Origin: Eledone cirrhosa
Lineage: Eukaryota
Length of the DNA stretch: 64,000 bases
Assembly (NCBI GenBank): GCA_964016885.1
Contig: OZ024743.1
Location: 44,702,001-44,766,000, forward strand
Direction of reading: 5' to 3'
Shown one piece after another: positions 25,875 to 38,737 of the stretch. The notes below the pieces were generated by a model, which searched no databases, had not been told where the DNA came from, and was given only the letters and a program-made list of their open reading frames with translations. The translations under genes and the position numbers were made by a program. The stretch's first letter is position 1. Every line of letters starts with the position of its first letter.

Positions 25875-25879
<5 letters not shown>
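25108..25879. mobile_element. ~535-bp HHR unit (- strand) plus an inverted arm spanning the unit junction
   Basis: 25108-25216 is the inverse of 25659-25762; 25527-25658 is the inverse of 25748-25879. HHR on - at 25169-25250: actcc-CTGATGA-c gtaatg...cattac a-GAAA-ctaattag-TT-ggagt. Confidence 0.8.
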
Positions 25880-25907
<28 letters not shown>

Positions 25908-25917
25908 CCAAAATTAC

Positions 25918-26945
25918 TTAATTTGGGATATAGATATATAAATACGGCTCCTTAATTGTAGAGCTAACTCTGTTGAAAGGACTTGACTGCTGTTTCTAGT
26001 TGTCGATAACCCTATTCACGCCACTGGGACGAAGCTGGTATGATGTGTGTATTTTTAGTAGATACAGCACGTGTTACTGGCCAGTCTCTGATTTGAACTT
26101 AATGCGTAAACACAGATGGCTGGACTTCTTCCTTGTTGAAAATCCAAGTATCGGCCTCCGTGGTTTACCATTCGATTAATTGGTGAAATATATTTCTTTA
26201 ATGGAATATATACAGGGAAGACTAATCATATTATAAGGTATCTATTTTTGAAGTGCTAGTTAACTTTATTTAGTTACCTACCTAGCTATGTGTGCTTACA
26301 AACTTGTAAAAATTATCCCCTGTGATTGTTTCATATGTTTATTTATATGTTAATCAATTTCTAGTTGTTATACAATAATTCTCAGACCTATTCATTAGAA
26401 TCTTGGAGCTTATATTACGGGTGATATGGCGCCTGCCTTTCTGGCATGACACCCATAATTTTGATTTAGATTAAATTCACTTTGATTTATCTTAATTTTG
26501 GATATAAATATATAAATACGGCTCGTTAATTGTAGAGCTAACTCTGTTGAAAGGACTTGACTGCTGTTTCTAGTTGTCGATAACCCTATTCACGCCACTG
26601 GGACGAAGCTGGTATGATGTGTGTATTTTTAGTAGATACAGCACGTGTTACTGGCCAGTCGCTGATTTGAACTTAATGTGTAAACACAGATGGCTGGACT
26701 TCTTCCTTGTTGAAAATCCAAGTATCGGCCTCCCTAGTTTACCATTCGATTAATTGGTGAAATATATTTCTTTAATGGAATATATACAGGGAAGATTAAT
26801 CATATTATAAGGTATCTATTTTTGAAGTTCTAGTTAACGTTATTTAGTTACCTACCTAGCTATGTGTGCTTACACACTTGTAACAATTATCCCCTGTGAT
26901 TGTTTCATATGTTTATTTATATGTTAATCAATGTCTAGTTGTTAT
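25918..26945. repeat. Partial tandem repeat (~1.8 x ~575 bp) between (TA)n tracts
   Basis: 25920-26370 is nearly identical to 26495-26945. Confidence 0.85.
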
Positions 26946-27019
26946 GTATATATATATATACATATACACATAGATATATATGTATATATATATACATACT
27001 TACATATATATATATATAT

Positions 27020-27191
27020 AACGAAGAAGTCGTGGGAAAGAACCAGATGGACCATAACGCACCAGAGTACTCAATACTTAGGGTAGTACTGTGGGTAATA
27101 GGAAAAAGGTCAGGCCGTTTCGACGGGTATTTCTGGACTAGAAATAGCCGTCGAAACGGATTGAGCAATGCCGTCGGGGTCATACTTTTTT

Positions 27192-27192
<1 letters not shown>
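27020..27192. repeat. Fold-back fragment of the element-1-family pLTR end
   Basis: 27020-27110 is the inverse of 6550-6640-like sequence; 27140-27190 matches 6510-6555 in direct orientation. Confidence 0.75.
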
Positions 27193-27275
<83 letters not shown>

Positions 27276-27276
27276 C

Positions 27277-27515
27277 AAAATGCTAACAAATGAAAACTAT
27301 TCTCATAATCAAAATATATATTTTATTATATATATTTCAAAGGTACTATGGTGTTTAATTTGATATGTGGCAAACCGTTACGGTATGTCACATATCGAAT
27401 CATATATTTTGTCTGATGAAAACGTACTTAAACACCATAGTACCTTTGAAATATGTATAATAAAATATATATTTTGATTATGAGAATATTTTACATTTGT
27501 TAACATTTTGAATAA
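27277..27515. repeat. Fold-back insert with HHR on + at 27402-27470
   Basis: 27277-27358 is the inverse of 27428-27513. atatattttgt-CTGATGA-aaacgtac..gtaccttt-GAAA-tatgta-TA-ataaaatatat. Confidence 0.75.
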
Positions 27516-28802
27516 TATTAAAAACTCCCGAAAATATTTATTGAGTGCTTCTAATCTATTGTAATATTGTATTCGTTGAGTAATCAATGAACCATACTAA
27601 TCTTTGGTCATATATATATATATCCCACTCTACTTTTGTCTAGTCTAAACAATAACTTTCAAACACCCACTTTACTCTTCTTTAAAAATAACACCCACCT
27701 CGTTTTATGTCTGCCATATACCTGGTTTTGGGGGCCTCACTAGTATATATATATGCACGTGTGCGTATATACATATATATACACACCTGTATGTATTTGT
27801 GTGTCTAGATGTGTGTGTGTGTGTGTGTGTGTATCTGTGGGGGTAGGCGTGAGTGTATGTACAAGTCAACCAACATAAGTCCTTTTATTTGTAAACTTTC
27901 TAAGTATTTGACTCTAACCATAATTTTCAGTATTACCACCCCAAATAAATTCCTCTATTTGTATGTGTGGATGTGAGTGTGTGTCTGTGGGTGTGGGTGT
28001 GAGTGTATGTGCAAGTCAACCAACATAAGTCTTTTTATATGTAAATGTTCTAGTATTTGACACTAACTATAATTTTCAGTAGTACCACCCCACATAAAGC
28101 CCCCAATTTAAGAATGAACTGTAGTATCGAATTTCATAGTATAAACCTCAATTGAATATATATCTGACCAGGAATGCTCTTTGTGAAAATCAGTCATATG
28201 GAACTATTGTCAGCTTGCCTGACGGTTTGAACTTTACAACACCACCTGCCTCTTTGAGGTCAAATACCAACCCTAGTAGCATCTACAAACTGACCAATGA
28301 GAATTAAGATTATTCCTGCTGACTAGATTAAATTATCCCTAACAAGCTCATATGTCCCAAAGCTCTATAACCATCAACACCAAAAACACAGAGCTAGCAT
28401 ATTTAAGAACTGACTAACTGCCTGATGGGGTCATAGCCAAAGAACATACTCCACCCTCCCTCAGAGCTCCATTTATTGCTTCCACTAACCGGGCCTTGGT
28501 TACACAGTTTTTCGTTTTTTTCGTTTTTTTTCGTTGCTACCTTTTTCTAGCAAACACGACGACTGGCAAACTCTTCAAGGAACTCATATGTCTGCTGGGC
28601 AGACAAGCAATAGGGCGTGTTTTTTCCTGCCAGCGACATATCAAACATATCGTCTTTTCATTTGAGGATACCGTTCTCATAATCAATAGCAAATATATGA
28701 AGGACATCTCGATTGCATGGAGAACCGTGGAAATAATTATAATGATTAAACGATATATTTAACCTCAGCATCTTATTTTGTTATATATATATATTTATAT
28801 AC

Positions 28803-28900
<98 letters not shown>

Positions 28901-29499
28901 CCAGCAACTACACAGCCCCTGTTTCTTCTTAATCGTTATCAAATTTTGCTGTGACCTGTTCTCTCCTGCTCCCTATCTATTATTTGGTATCAACTTTTCT
29001 CCCTTCTTTCTTTCTCTCCCTTTCTCCCTCTCACTTTTACTCTCCGTCTCTCTGCTAGCCACCTGACTGTTTCTCTCGCCTGTTCCTCTTGTTTTCTCTT
29101 TCTCACTTACACTTGCGGAGGTCAGCGTGTTTTTTTCTCCTCTCCACACATCCTCGGACTATAGTTCAGAAGTTGATGTCGACTATAATTTTTCCTCTCT
29201 CTTCGAGTTGCTCTCACACAAGTGCTTCGGGTTTCTGTCCTCGCCTTGTCGTTTTCAGTTGTGTTTTCCTTTTTCTTCCCTTTTCCCCTACTGTTAAATA
29301 TATTTTTTCTCTCTCTCCCTTATTTTCCCCAATAAGTTCCTTTAGTTATTGACGAACTAGGTTAGATATCTTGTCTTTAATACGTAGAAATATGCATGAT
29401 TCCCAGCAGACAAGTGATGAGGGAAAATGTTCTCCCTTTCGTGCTGTCCTCTTATTTATAAATATACTTCATCCAGCGACTACACAGCTCCTGTTTCTT

Positions 29500-29583
<84 letters not shown>

Positions 29584-30620
29584 TAACAGATTAAAGTTTA
29601 AGCAAAGAATCGCTGCTTTCACCCTTTCATCTGAGGCAATTTCGGCTTGTAAACATAAATTGCACAAAACTTTCCTGTATTACAGCCCCACGTTATACCC
29701 TAACGGATAGCACGATCTATACGTGGATATTTTACGTCTTGATGTTTTGTTTATTCCTTTACTTATTTGCATAGGTAAGTATATATTACCCGTATGTTTT
29801 GTGAAGATATGTATACCTTCTCGTACGTATATTTGACTGTTATGGCGTCTAATTTTTACATATTCTGGTATTTAGGGTTTGGTTATGTGTATATGGGAGT
29901 TTTGCGTCTGCGTGAGTATGCAGGTTCGTAAGTATGGCGGGTGTGTGTATATGTGTACTTCTTGTTTTAGTTGACTTACGTCTCCGAACCTTCGTGTATT
30001 TATTTGTAGGTATGTGTGTGCGCTTGTTATATACGTATTTATTTACTTATATACGTTTATATAATTATTTATTTATTTGTACACAAGCATACACACATAC
30101 ACATATTTATATGTGCGTGGTTTTGTATACCTATGGTAAGGTTTTGCGTATGCTTGTGTATGTACGTATCTGTTTGCGTGTATGTATTTATTTGTTTCTA
30201 TTACTTCTGTATTGTATTTATTTACTTTGTTCTTAACTCTGTAGCGGAGATTCATTCGGTCTCCTAGTTAGAATTTTAGTCTACAACTTCTGCTATACCA
30301 TTTACGTGGCTTTGTCTTTGCGTGCTATTGTTCTCCACGCTCCACATATGACTTATTATCTTCGTTTTTTCGTTCATTGCCAGAGAACGTCTCTATGCAC
30401 CACTTAGAGAACATTAGTCTACGACCTCTTTTATACCATAAACGTGGTTCTGTCTTTGCGCGTAATTGTTTTTCACCGCTCCTATTAATGACGTATTATT
30501 CGTTTTTTCCCGTTCTTTGCCAGCGAACGTCACCATGAACCAAAGTATCGTCTTCCTGTCTTCCTCCGGTTGCAACGTTTTTTGAAATATCCAGTTCTGC
30601 GTTTACAGATTGACTTTGTT

Positions 30621-30671
30621 AGTTTCTGAAGATCCCGTTAAGGGTGAAAGCAGCGATTCTTTGCTTAAACT
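30621..30671 (+). ncRNA. Type I hammerhead ribozyme in the element-2 pLTR (canonical core)
   Basis: agttt-CTGAAGA-tccc gttaa gggt-GAAA-gca gcgattctt tgc-TT-aaact. Confidence 0.8.
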
Positions 30672-30824
30672 TTAATCTGTTATCTTAATAAATATTTGCT
30701 CTTCGGTTCTTACATATCTGATATATATTTTCTTTGTCGAGCCCTCTTTGGATTTTAGTCTTCAATTTTATTATTATCACTATTTGGCTCCTTCGGTTGA
30801 GCACTCTACTGACTTATATTCATC

Positions 30825-32954
30825 ATGCAAAAACAAGATCTGAATATTTCTACAAAGAACATACCCGTACCAAGCAGGAAAACATACCTAAAACTACTGA
30901 TACAGAAAACCGACGCGTTCATTAAAAGGTTGCGTTAGCATGCCTTTTATTTCGATAATCCGCGAAAAGCAGACAACAAACAGGACAAATTTGGATTTAA
31001 AACCTATAATAACCCTCCGTGGAACCCAGCATTGCTACCCTTCGAAAATGATGTCTTGGAACTCATTCGGAGTATCAAATTTCGGAATAGGAGCAATTCC
31101 TTCCAGCAAGACCTGAAGAATAGAATTCGTTCTATTAAGGATTCTAACGCCGTGCACGTCCATTCCGACAAAACTGGCAACCTATATCAAGTGGAGCGCA
31201 GTACTTACCATCAACTACTACATAATGCTGTAACTAAGGATTACCGTAAAACTAATCGGTGCGTCATCAATGAAATCAACGATGCTGGGTTTAAAATCAC
31301 ATCTGATCTCAACATCCTGGACCGGACCGAACCTCTGGACCCTATCTCTCCCTACTTTACCCTGAAGGATCACAAATCCAATTTTCCGAACAACCCCTCT
31401 ATTCGGCTTATTAACCCTACGAAGTCCGATTTAGGTAGACTTAGTAAAACGATTCTTGATAGAATTATACCTGAAATTAGAAGTTTGGCCCCTCTCGCAC
31501 TGTGAAACAATTCTTTCGCGGTGATTGATTGGTTCAACGGCATATGTAACAAGGAACATTGCCGTTTTATCCAATTCGACGTCAACAATTACTACTCCTC
31601 CATCACTTTACCACTTCTCCTTTGAGCTATCAATTTCGCTAAAACACTCACAGTGGTTAAGGATTTCGAAGTTGATGTCATCATTAATGCCCGAAAGTCG
31701 GTGATTAATTTCGACGACTCTATTTGGATTAAAAAATCCAATAGTACCCCATTCGACGTGAGTATGGGCGCCAGTGACTCTGCGGAGGTTACTGATCTTA
31801 TTGGCCTTTTCCTTCTTTTCTCTATCAAGGACGAATTCCCCAACGCGGGCGGTGGTTTGTACCGTGACGATGGTCTTTTGACCATGACAAAGTGCGGACC
31901 TCGTGCTTGCGACAGATTCAGAAAAGAACTCACAGCCTTCTTTAAAGGCTTCAACCTCTCTATACAGGTTGAGGCCAATCTCTCGGTCGTTAATTACCTC
32001 GACGTTACCCTCAATTTACTGAATGGGTTGTATTACCCGTATAGAAAGCCGAATGATACGCTTAATTACATAAGTAACCATTCCAACCATCCTGCCAGCA
32101 TAACCAAGAACGTGGTAAAAAACGTTTCGTTGAGGCTTTCCCGTCTTTCCACCAACGAGCGTTTTTTCAACGACCATTCCACTTATTACAATAAAGCTCT
32201 TGCTCGAAGTGGATTTGTCGATAAGGTAGCATATACAGAGTACGGGAATAGACCTAGAAGAAATAGATCCCGTCGCATTTGTTGGTTTAAACCACCATAT
32301 AATATGGAGGTGGCCACACCATTAGCTAAGATCTTTCTTTCCCTTATTACGAAGCATTTCCCCCCTACACATAAATATAGTAAAATTCTTAATAGAAACA
32401 CTATTAAAATGTCTTACTCTACGACTCCTAACCTTGCACGTAACATCACAGCTTCAAATTTAGCTAAACTACCTAGCCGTAGGAACACGTGCAACCCTGT
32501 AGTTAGTACTAACTGTAATTGTAGGAATCGGGCTGATTATCCCCTATCCGGGAAATGCCTCTCTAGTAACATTGTCTACAAATGTAAGGTTGTAACACCC
32601 ACGTCCCGTAGGACCTACACAGGGTTAACCGCCAGTAGTTTCAAGCAGCATCTTTACATGCATACCCATTCTTTTCGTTACCCTCTAAGAATGAATATGA
32701 CGTCACTTTCAGCTTATATCTGGAGTCTAAAAGACAACCACACCCAATATAAGTTACACTGGGAGATCCTAGCTAGGGCTAGATCGTATAACGGAAATAA
32801 AAGACCATGTGACCTCTGCGCCGCTGAGGCCCTGGAAATACTCTACGCCACAGACCACATCTTAAACAAAAAATCTGAGGCAATTTCGGCTTGTAAACAT
32901 AAATTGCACAAAACTTTCCTGTATTACAGCCCCACGTTATACCCTAACGGATAG
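30825..32954 (+). pseudogene. PLE RT-GIY-YIG ORF with three in-frame stops
   Basis: MQKQDLNISTKNIP start is homologous to element 1. Stops: TAG 30936, TGA 31503, TGA 31623. All segments are in one frame. LYRDDG, CNCRNRADYPLSGKC, IVYKC..YTGLT. Confidence 0.88.
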
Positions 32955-33882
32955 CACGATCTATACGTGGATATTTTACGTCTTGATGTGGGAGCTAAGT
33001 ATATGTTTTGTTTATTCCTTTACTTATTTGCATAGGTAAGTATATATTACCCGTATGTTTTGTGAAGATATGTATACCTTCTCGTACGTATATTTGACTG
33101 TTGTGGCGTCTAATTTTTACATATTCTGGTATTTAGGGTTTGGTTATGTGTATATGGGAGTTTTGCGTCTGCGTGAGTATGCAGGTTCGTACGTATGGTG
33201 GGTGTGTGTATATGTGTACTTCTTCTTTTAGTTGACTTACGTCTCCGAACCTTCGTGTATTTATTTGTAGGTATGTGTGTGCGCTTGTTATATACGTATT
33301 TATTTACTTATATACGTTTATATAATTATTTATTTATTTGTACACAAGCATACACACATACACATATTTATATGTGCGTGGTTTTGTATACCTATGGTAA
33401 GGTTTTGCGTATGCTTGTGTATGTACGTATCTGTTTGCGTGTATGTATTTATTTGTTTCTATTACTTCTGTATTGTATTTATTTACTTTGTTCTTAACTC
33501 TGTAGCGGAGATTCATTCGGTCTCCTAGTTAGAATTTTAGTCTACAACTTCTGCTATACCATTTACGTGGTTTTGTCTTTGCGTGCTATTGTTCTCCACG
33601 CTCCACATATGACTTATTATCTTCGTTTTTTCGTTCATTGCCAGAGAACGTCTCGATGCACCACCTAAGAGAACATTAGTCTACGACCTCTTTTATACCA
33701 TAAACGTGGTTCTGTTTTTGCGCGTAATTGTTTTTCACCGCTCCTATTAATGACGTATTATTCGTTTTTTCCCGTTCTTTGCCAGCGAACGTCACCATGA
33801 ACCAAAGTATCGTCTTCCTGTCTTCCTCCGGTTGCAACGTTTTTTGAAATATCCAGTTCTGCGTTTACAAATTGACTTTGTT

Positions 33883-33933
33883 AGTTTCAGAAGATCCCGT
33901 TAAGGGTGAAAGCAGCGATTCTTTGCTTAAACT
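33883..33933 (+). ncRNA. Hammerhead motif, element-2 3' pLTR (CAGAAGA, U4A variant)
   Basis: Identical to 30621-30671 except core position 4 is A. Confidence 0.65.
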
Positions 33934-34032
33934 TTAATCTGTTATTTTAATAAATATTTGCTCTTCGGTTCTTATATATCTGATATCTATTTTCCTTGTC
34001 GAGCCCTCTTTGGATTTTAGTCTTCAATTGTA

Positions 34033-34100
<68 letters not shown>

Positions 34101-34180
34101 CTTACATACATACATATACACATATATATACACACACACACATATATATTCATATACACACATATATATATATATATATA

Positions 34181-34230
<50 letters not shown>

Positions 34231-34444
34231 AATTCTTCTCGAGCTATTCCTCTTGCGAAGGTGAGGTAGTCATTTTACTTTTTCTATTCACGACCAACGG
34301 AGAGGCAATGACCGATACAGTCTGGCAACAGTAACGTCGCAACTCAATTCTACAGACTAAAATGAAGCTACACGAAATAAGGTATATTGCTCATGACACA
34401 ACGCATCACTCGTATTTGCGTCTTTGTATTCCTCTGTGTATATA

Positions 34445-37400
34445 TGTATGTTATCTCTTTCTCTTAATTTTGAGTATATTTTTTTTGACCGGCCATCTTC
34501 CTGGTGGCAAGGTTGCAAAAGAAAATAAATTGTCATCATTTGAATCGCAAGAATGTTTTGCAAATTTTGAAGGTGCCAGCTATCGCAGCCATTTGTAGAC
34601 TATGAATTAGGGAGCTGCGCTTTTTGTCCGCAAATCCAAGTTCAGTCATACTTTGGTCCAAGTGGGTTGGTATATAACCCGTAGCTCCAATAATGATGGG
34701 TATGAAGCTAAAGGTGTATCTTGGATACTGGATTGTAAACTCCTCATCAGTGGTCCGTAGATGTCCTCCTTCTCCTCTATTTTTCTGACAACGTTTACAT
34801 CAAGTGGGCAGCTGATCTCCACAATAGAACACGTTTTCAATGTGTGGTCCCAAACAACAATATCAGGGCGGTTGTGCTTTAATTTGGTGGCAGTTTTTAT
34901 TTTCAGGTTCCACAAGTATTCCTTAGCGCCATCTGTCTCAATATATTCTTCCTCGTTTGTTGTTAATTTCATTTTCCGAAGTGCGTTCCAGATGGTTCTA
35001 GCTATCCCATCGTGTCTCATGGGGAGGTAGTAGCGAGATGACATTCGTTCGCAGCTGGAAACAATGTGGCTTACATCCTCGATCTTTGTTTTACATAGCC
35101 TAGATTTATTGTCAGCTGCTGGCCCTCCTCTTTTGTGCAGCAGATATTTGGTAGGGAGTTCTTGTTCCTGTATTGCATAGAGATATCCCTCAAGGTGTGA
35201 TGTCATAAACTTGTCGGAACTCCATGCCAGGTTTTTGAGTGGTTTATCCTCTCTATGGTCTGTGTTTTACGTCTCAAGTATCCATGCACAACTTTTTCTG
35301 TAAATTGCTCAATTTTTTTATCTTGTTTGAACATTGAATAGGATCTTCTGATTTCTCTGGGTGAGAGATTTATATCAGGCTTTATTCCATATTTCTCCTC
35401 CAGATCAGTCGCTATTCTAATTTTTTTTTTCATTCACATAAACCTGGGCAAGATGGTTGCCAACCTTTTTCCTCTATTGAAGGTGTTACTTCAGTGTTAC
35501 TATCCGGGGCTCATATGTTGTTAATATTGATTTTAGACACCGGCCACCTTCCTTGCGTGAGAAGTATAGCCTATCCACATCACCATTGATGTTAAAGTTC
35601 CCAGTAACACTGAGAAGTTTGCGAGTTCTAACATCCATCTCACTTAGTTCTTGTAATGACCAGTTCAGCAGGCTTAATGTTGGCGGTAGAATTGGCACAG
35701 CATAAGTATTGTGGGCAATGTATTTGTTATACGCTGACAGTTCTGATGACCATATTTTCTTTACTCTTCTGAGGTATTCAGTTCTGGTTCTCTCCTTATT
35801 TATCGGTCCATCATATCTGACATTCTCATCCTGTCCAAGATATCTGAAGTTGTCACCTGACTGTAGAGGTTGTATTGTCAGGCCGTTCATCTCTAGATTT
35901 CTAGAGGAGGGCACAGCTCTTCCACGTTTTACTGCCAAATATGCACACTTGGACTCACCAAATTTCATTTTGATGTCTGTTGAAAATTGTGTAATGAGGT
36001 TCAATTGTTTCTTGATGTCATTGATATTTGGCCCATAGAACTTCAGGTCATCAACAAAGAAAAGATGGGAGATACTTCTGGACCCACATCTTTATCCACC
36101 TTGTTTCCTGAGTAGGTAATATAGTGGATTCAGTGAGAGAACGAAGAGTAGCACTGACAAGCTATCACCCTGAAAGATGACCTTCTGGTAATGTATCTTA
36201 TCAGTCTTAACTTGCTCCTTCTCACCTCTAAGGATCAAATTGGTGTACCAGTTCTTGGTAAGGCGTTCAACAGCAGCTACCAATGGTTCTGGGACTTTGG
36301 CTAACTGTAAAGCCGTAATAATCCACCCATGAGGTACACTATCAAATTCTTTTTGATAGTCCAGCCACACCACAGTCATGTTTCTGCGATTCTTTGTTGT
36401 TTTTTCCTGAATCATTTTATTAGTTAGTAGGTGATCTATGCAACCCCACACCTCCCTCTTTCCACCAGCTTGCTCAGGTGTTATGATGTTGTTGGTAGCA
36501 CAGTGATCCTGTGAGAACAGGTTAAGGGACCCAGTATATAATTTATACATGATGTTTTGGCAGGCTATTGGGCGGTAATTTTTAGCAAGGGTGGTTTGGC
36601 TATTTTGGGGAATGAGGAGAGTAGTGGCAGTTGATAACCATCTGGGCAGTTCTTGTGTGCCTTTAATGGTTTCTGTAAACAGCCGTATGAGATCTTGCCG
36701 ATAGAAAGTGAAATTCTTCAACCAGTATCCTGTAATGAGGTCTGGGCCTGGCGATTTCCTATTCGACATTTTCTGTAGAAATGTTTCCAGTATTGACCCA
36801 TCTATGTCATATTGTTTTGTATGGACATGTTGGCAGTGGTCCTGTTCCAGTTCTTTTAGCCAATTAGTTTGTCTGTTGAATCCGTCATCCGTTTCCCATA
36901 CAGATCTCCAGTAGCTCTCAACCTGTTCTTTTGAAGGGGTGTCATTTACAGGGATTGAGCTTTTGCCACCGAAGCTGCGATAAACTGATTTAGGATCTCT
37001 GGCAAACAATCTATTTAGCACTTGTCGTTTATGTGCTGTTGACTTATATTTTAGTCTTTCTGTTGTAGCTGTGAGTTGTTGTTTCAACTGGTGTAATTTG
37101 GAGTTCAAATTTTTAAATTGTGTATCTCCAAATCGTCTCTCTAACTTTTTTTTTAGGTCTTCCTGGTATCGTGTGAAGTTGCTCTCTATATTGCATTTCA
37201 TAACGACTGCGATGTGTGAGATACTTCGTCTCAGGGACAAAATTTTGGTTTTCAAATTTCGCACCCACGCTGGTTCAGGCTTTCTGTTTGTATCTTGATT
37301 GCGTGGTTTTAGATGTGTGTTATATGATAGCAATGTGACAGCTGAAACATATAACAAAATATTAAGCGTTTCAAATGTCGTTTCTACACCTTTAGATCGT

Positions 37401-38110
37401 ATAGCCTTCAAATAATTGCCAGCTATTTCGTTCACCGCTTCCAATTCCAATTTAGTGGGTTCTTTACTGATTCTGGTGTTGTATGGTCTGTCACTCACAT
37501 TAAGGCTGTGTATCTCTTGAAACATATCGTTCCATATCACTTGTAAGGTGTCCACAAGTTTTTGGTGTTCTGTTTGTTCAGTAGAGTCATGAATTTCAGC
37601 CTCGTTGTTGATGTGGTGACAATTATTACTAGAGTTAACTGACCTTTCTCGCTGTTCTTCAGTGGAAGTGGGATGGATTTCAGCAAAATTGTTGGTGAGC
37701 TGTTCACTGTTAGATTTAGCTGGACATTCTCTTCGTCTGTCAGTGGAGGTGGGGTGGTTTTCTACAAGGGCTGTATTTGTAGTATCACTCAATTCCGTTA
37801 GATGTATCAATTTACATCTAATGATACGTTTTGCCTGTTCATTTAAATGCTTTGGAGAAAAGTCTAATTCTGGGTGTTTGGAGTTCCATAAAGTTTTTAG
37901 CCTTTGCATAAAACCGAACTTTTGGGTTTCAGATTGTTTGTATGCTTCATATAATTCTTTGTTAAGCTCGTAGCTCCAATGTATACAGCGGTTGTAGTTG
38001 CGATTTGGTCGAAGGAGACTTGTAATTTTTGACATGATGAGTTCGTCTCTTCACTAATATTTCGTATTTATTTTTTCAAGAAGTCGATGATCTTCTTTAA
38101 AAGTTTCGAC
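34445..38110 (-). mobile_element. Degenerate near-full-length R4/Dong-clade LINE (RT + zinc knuckle + restriction-like endonuclease)
   Basis: KSPGPD, NYRPIAC, WLDYQKEFDSVPH, IFQGDSLS, HLFFVDDLK, RLCK..HIVSSC, RHD, HNRPDIVVWD..IVEISCP, in several frameshifted pieces. 3' end runs into ACATACAT. Confidence 0.85.
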
Positions 38111-38701
38111 AAAGTTCTATCAGAATCAAATTTAAAGTTATTCATAGCTTGGGTAATATTTTTTTTCAGTTAGTTTTTAATTCTACAACTGTGTCTTAAA
38201 CGTTGTTCTTGAATCGTTTGAATTGAGAACAAAAAGAACCGTTACTTAGTATATTTCTTTATGAATGTAATATAATCTAACAACGCTGTATTTATATGTT
38301 AAAGTTTATGTATCATTGATATAAATAGGTGTTCTACAACATATTCATTTCAAACACTTATGTTTTTGTTTCTGAATCGAAAACCTTACTTGTATATTTT
38401 TTATAAATGTAATATAACAACGTCGCATTTATATGTTAAAGTGCATGTATCGTTCATATCTCATAAGTGTGTGTATCGTTCATATAAATAGGTGTTTTAC
38501 AACACACTCACAGTTCAAACACTTATGTAGAATTATTGTATGTAATCTTACCGCGTAATGTAGCTGAACTTTTTCCAATATATGGTATGTTGCCTTCATG
38601 TAAGCCGTAATTACACACGTCCGATTATCGGACACTGACCATAACGGTCGCTATTGTATGTATGTATGTATGTATGTATGTAAGTATGTATGTATGTATG
38701 C

Positions 38702-38734
<33 letters not shown>

Positions 38735-38737
38735 TGT

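Larger units (their letters stand above)
29578..34044 (+). mobile_element. Naiad-type PLE (element 2): ~1.15-kb pLTRs, short inverted 5' piece, in (TA)n
   Basis: Direct repeats 29629-30782 and 32873-34044 include the ORF 3' end. 29578-29626 is an inverted copy of the pLTR HHR region. (TA)n on both sides. Confidence 0.9.

Noticed and set aside
29408-29450. GTGATGA-ggga..tccc as an HHR
   Set aside because: The core is broken: G3 without C8, and TTTC in place of GAAA.
31503-31625. In-frame TGA codons in a Naiad ORF as selenocysteine (some Naiads are selenoproteins)
   Set aside because: The TGAs align to Trp and a non-Cys position in element 1, a TAG stop is also present, and element 1 has no in-frame TGA. 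These look like ordinary nonsense mutations; no SECIS was recognised.
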